Positions 59,250 to 64,000 of a stretch of DNA of 64,000 bases are shown piece after piece (the first letter of the stretch is position 1; each line of letters starts with the position of its first letter). Location of the stretch: assembly GCF_009914755.1 (NCBI RefSeq), contig NC_060932.1; one strand, 5' to 3'. The notes below the pieces were generated by a model. It had not been told where the DNA came from and made no database searches. It was given only the letters and a program-made list of their open reading frames with translations. Source of the DNA: the human T2T-CHM13v2.0 reference genome, Homo sapiens. A program made the translations under genes and the position numbers.

Positions 59250-60204
59250 TTATGTTGGATCTTCTGTGCTTAAAATTAAGAAAGACCCAAACGTTAGATT
59301 GCTGCTTACATCTCTGTGGTTGCTTATAGCAACACAAAGGTATCTCAGAATAATTCTTTCACTGGCATATGCCATGATGGCTTTCTCCTCAAGCACTTGT
59401 ACACATGGGATGTGCAAAGTAAGCCGGTGATAAAGTAACTTTTTAAAAGTTTATATTTTTGAATAAAACACTTGATGAGGGAGCTTTATCTGCTAGCAAT
59501 GTTTAAACTCACTATTTACAGTTTTATTCTAGCAATAAACTCCTTTGGGACCACTTATAGGGTGATTGTAAGGATTAACCAGAGTCATTATATGTGAAAA
59601 CAACTTGGTTAACAATAAAATGGTAGGCAAATTTAAAAATTTATTTACTTATGCACCCTAAGTCTTGCTCCAGAAAGAAGTGAAGACCTATTATTTATAC
59701 TTCTATTAGTAGCTGGTCATTGCCTTTTGGGTAGGAGTGAAACAACTCAAAATACTATCTTTAAACATTTGTTCTGACTGTACTTTCTCTTCTCAGAGTT
59801 CCCACACCCGAAAACTCCTGCCTTTGGAGTGCAGGTAGGCCTTTAGAAAGACAAGAAATATATACAAACTATATATATACATAAACTACATATTGCTACC
59901 TTTTTCATAACACATTTCTGCCTCTGTAGCTAGAAAAAATGAAAATTACCTTCGCAACTAACCATCGTTGAAATTATTGTATATTCTACAAGTCTTTTTT
60001 ATAAAGATCATACACATCTTTTGAGAGCCCGTTTTTTTTCTATTTTTACATAATAATTCATTACGAACATTTTCTCATGTTCATAAAATTCCTCAGAATT
60101 ATACTTTTAAAATTAGAAATTACTGCATGGTGGTTCCATTTGGAGAGAGCATATTTGATTTACTTTTTGTTATTTGTTTAGGTAGTTTAAAATTTTTCAC
60201 TTAA

Positions 60205-60680
60205 TGAATTAAACATATACCTACCACATGGTATGGCCATTCTACTGCTTAGATATTTACCAAAAACAAAGGAAACATCTTCCCATACAAAATCTTGTAT
60301 ATGAATATTCATAGAAGATTTATTTATAATACCCCAAGCTGCAAATGACCCAAATGTCTATCAGCAGGTGAACGAATAAAACTCAGCAACATTACTCAGC
60401 AATAAAAAGCAAAAAACTACAGATACAGATGTCATAGATGCTCTCAAAATCACAGACTGAAAGAATCCACACACAAAATAACATGTGCTACATGATTTCA
60501 CTAACATACAATTCTATAGAATACAAAATACAGTGGCAGTGGTTACCTATGCACAAGGGTGGAAGGAAGGGTGGATTCCAAAGGGCCAAGAGACAACTTT
60601 TGAAAGTAATGGAAATGTTCAGTATCTTGATTTTTCTGATTGTTTCATGGGTAGAAACATAAATTAAAATTCATTTAGTT
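60205..60680 (+). mobile_element. L1ME-like 3' fragment
   Basis: ttaaacatatacctaccac...ccattctact...cccaaatgtctatcagcaggtgaa. Confidence 0.75.
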
Positions 60681-61462
60681 TGGAATGAAATAATGTGTTG
60701 ATATGTGATGATTAACAGAATTCATAAATCTATTTTTACAGCACTCGGCTTTGTTGAATATATTTTTAGAGACAATATTCCTGGAGAAAATGGTATGAAC
60801 TTGGTAGGGCTTTGGGCACATATAAAGCTGGCCTTCAATAGATTTTAATATTTAGAAACCCAGTAGCGATATAAGTGTATACTTGTTTTCTGGAAATTGA
60901 GAAGCTATTTGTATTTGTGTATCATTTTATAGCTAGATGAGTTAAAGTCACTTTGTAATCTTCATAATTTCTTTCGGGATAAATTAGTAGGCAGAGCAGA
61001 ACCAATTCATTCCTAATTGGACAGCATTTGGCTCTAAGAATTAGTGTTAGCAAATCAAAGACAAAAGAAATGATTCACTTGCAGGACTATCTGTTATTCA
61101 ACACTGGTCTAGACACACAAAATAGAATCTTCTTCAAGTTATCTAGGTTGTTATTGAACTCAAACTGTCCAACCTCATGGAACTTGAACACATTCCCATA
61201 GCCCAGGAAGCTGGTCATGGAGATCAAGACAGGAATTTCATTTGCAATCGGTCATATAATGAGTCTGAGAATCAGAATCTGAGCTAACAGCCAGCAGATG
61301 CCCACAGTCCATGAAATCCTACCTGGCCATCCCTATTGCTGACCTCACTAACCTTTAAACACTCACACTTCGGGGTTCTTCAGCAGCCAACTGAGTTTTT
61401 GTTCCTGTAGAAGATACTCGTTGCAAATAGCTGTCTGCATAATTTAGTGGAAGAAGCTTCGG

Positions 61463-62051
61463 TGTTGGGGTGATCAGACCCAACACCAGGTCGTGAGGGT
61501 GATGAAGTCTGGCAGAGTCAAAGGAATGAGAAAAAGACAGTTTGAGAGAGAAAGTGGGTCCAGGGGGCCATTGCTAAGTATGGAGGCTGCGAAGGCCCCA
61601 AGCTCTGGAAGCCCAGACTATTTATTGGTGATCAAACAAAGAAACAGGTGGTGAGAATGTGGGGTTGAAAAGGAGTGTTGCATTAAGCACATGATTTACA
61701 GTTGTGACAGTTTAGCATATGCTCTGCTACTTGAGATAATGGAGAGCAGGTTCTTTTAACTCAAGATACCATCGATCCTGGGAGAACAAGGAACAAGCAG
61801 CCACCAATTCTAGACAGATTCCAGAGCCATGAGCCCTGGATTCTATCCATGCCACGAGGGCTTTTATGCCCGGGTCTTAGATTATGGCGCTTCAGGGTAA
61901 CCTTCCACGTTTTAGCACAGAGCTTGGTGTTCCAAAGGCCACAAGGGGTTTTAGATCCTGGACCCTGGACATGTTCCATGACTCTTTTACATTATGTCAG
62001 ACATGCAAGCCCTACCTCAGCTTCTCCCAACACTCAGCTTTTCTCCCAACA
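61463..62051 (-). mobile_element. LTR14B-like solo LTR (HERV-K14/HML-1)
   Basis: Reverse complement starts tgttgggagaaaagctgagtgttgggagaagctgaggtagggcttgcatgtctgacataatg; TG...CA termini; flanks TTCGG/TTAGG. Confidence 0.85.
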
Positions 62052-62142
62052 TTAGGTATTGGAGTTGGTTTCAAATATGTGTCTTTGTACAAGTCATTTC
62101 TCTAAGGCTGATTTGGGTGACAACATTTATCTTGAAAGGTAA

Positions 62143-62599
62143 TGAGAGGTGAAGCCAGCTGGACTTTCTGGGTTGAGTGGGGACCTGGAGAACTTTTCTG
62201 TCTAGCTAGAGGATTGTAAACGCACCAATGAGCACTCTGTGTCTAGCTAAAAGATTGTAAATGCACCAATCAGCATTTTGCTCTGTAAAATGGGCCAATC
62301 AGTACTCTGTAAAATGGACCAATCAGCACTCTGTAAAATGGACCAATCATCAGGACACAGGCAGGGACAAATAAGGGAAAAAAAGCTGGCCACCCCAGCC
62401 AGCAGCGACAACCTGCTTGGGTCCCCCTTCATTCTGTGGAAGCTTTGTTCTTTTGCTCTTCACAATAAATCTTGCTGCTGCTCACTCTTTGGGTCTGTGC
62501 CAACTTTAAGAGCTGTAACACTCACCACGAAGGTCCATGGCTTCATTCTTGAAGTCAGCAAGACCAAGAACCCACTTGAAGGAACCAATTCTGGACACA
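62143..62599 (+). mobile_element. LTR12-family 5' LTR of a HERV9 provirus
   Basis: tgagaggtgaagccagctgg start; five CCAAT boxes in tandem units; aataaa 62464-62469; ends ggacaca. Confidence 0.93.
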
Positions 62600-64000
62600 T
62601 CTTGGTGACCACAAAGGGACTATTGCCAAGCGGTGAGTACCATCGGACCCCTTTCTCTTGCTATTCTGTCCTATTTCTCCTTAGAATTCAGGGGCTAAAC
62701 ACTGGGCACCTTTTGGCCAGTTAAAAGCAACTAGCGTGGCCACCAGACTAAAGACACAGGTGTTAGGCTTTCTGGGAAAGGGCTCTCTAACAACCCCCAA
62801 CTCTTCAGAGCTGGGAGTGTTGGTTTGCCTGGAACCAGCTTCAGCTTTTCCTGTACTTCTGGACTGAGCTGAGGGTTGACAGAGAGGAAAGCCATTCAGC
62901 TGTGGGGTCCTGACAAAAAGTTGGTTGACCCTGTAACCATGAGCGGAACTCTCAATGTCACATCACCCAAGCGAGACTCACCCATCTATCCTATCTATCC
63001 TGACCCTTGCCTCCTGGGTCCTAATGCCTGTCAGACAAACTTCCTCCCGCCTCTCTTCTCTGAGGCTAGTCCTGCTTCTAAAAACCACTCCCTGTCTCTG
63101 GTGCTTTTCTAGTTTCTCCTATAAGAATGATTTCTAGTATAAATTTTGGGGCTGTCTTCCTTTCTTCAGGCACCCAGCCTCACCAATCAGAAAGACAAAA
63201 TTTTTTCCCAAAGCCCCATCAGTGGGGGGGGCACTATCTGGAATTTTAGGATCCTCCCTCAGACTAGCAGGCCTAACAAAGGCTATTCCCAAAGCTAGGA
63301 TATGGGAAGCCTCAGAAATTATATCCTTCCTATTTATATGATGAGAGGTGAGGACAAAGGCGTCACTCTTCCAACCATGGAGATCCCTTCCCTCCCTCAG
63401 GGTATGGCCCTCCAGTCCATTTTTGAGGCACATCATCTTTATAGGACAAGGGTAAGGTCCCAATACCAACAAGAGAAAACAGTTAGGACTGTAACAGGTT
63501 TTCAAGAATGCATTGGTAAGGGCCACTAAATCCGATTTTTCTTGTTCCTCTTTGTGGTCTAAGAGGAAAGGCAAGAGTGCAGGTTTTTGAGAATGCATTG
63601 GTAAGGGCCACTAAATCCAACCTTCCTCAGTCCTCTTTGTAGTCTAGGAGGAAAACTAGTGTTTCTGCTGCTGTGTTGGTGACTGCAACTATTCTGATCA
63701 GCAGGGTCCAGGGACCGTTGTGGGTAATTGAGCAAGAGGGGGATCTACTGCTGTGTCAGTGAGCACAACTATTCCAATCAGCAGTGTCCAGGGACCATTG
63801 TGGGTTCTTGGGTGGCAGGGGTTGGGGGGTGGAAAAAAACCAAAACCAAGAGTGGTTTTTTCTTTCAGATAGGAAACACTCAGGCATCAACAGGCTCACC
63901 CTTGGTGGCTCATTTTTTTTCTGCACTATGGCCTGGCCCCAATATTCTCTCTCTGATGGGGAGAAATGGCCACTTGAGGGAAGTATAAATTACAATACTA
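62600..64000 (+). mobile_element. HERV9 internal region: PBS, leader and defective gag start (runs past window end)
   Basis: PBS tggtgaccacaaagggac 62603-62620; donor CG|GTGAGT near 62632; [13 protein letters not shown] at 63869; [28 protein letters not shown]. Confidence 0.9.

Noticed and set aside
62016-62051. Short terminal duplication in LTR14B
   Set aside because: As I recall it is part of the LTR14B consensus
62200-62350. Tandem CCAAT-containing repeats as a novel array
   Set aside because: Normal U3 structure of LTR12

Overview
Repeat-rich, AT-rich catarrhine primate genomic DNA, probably human (AluY/AluS/AluJ, L1PA/PB/MA/MB/ME, MIR, L2, MaLR, LTR12/HERV9, LTR14B). I recognise no established protein-coding gene; most listed ORFs are short read-throughs of Alu, L1, LTR or microsatellite sequence. 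Best signals: (1) a minus-strand TATA/E-box/CArG promoter at about 4.2-4.3 kb with a candidate first exon and a possible second exon, which together would encode a 52-aa smORF; (2) an old ~160-bp inverted duplication inside an LTR18-like LTR that copies an LTR/L1/Alu junction; (3) a decayed ERV-L-type provirus (~50.4-58.1 kb) carrying a gamma-type env TM remnant; (4) a back-to-back LTR14B/LTR12 pair at the start of a defective HERV9 provirus; (5) several clear retrotransposition footprints. Repeat subfamily names come from remembered consensus sequences and need RepeatMasker/Dfam confirmation; boundaries of old repeats are approximate. I found no convincing novel multi-gene system.
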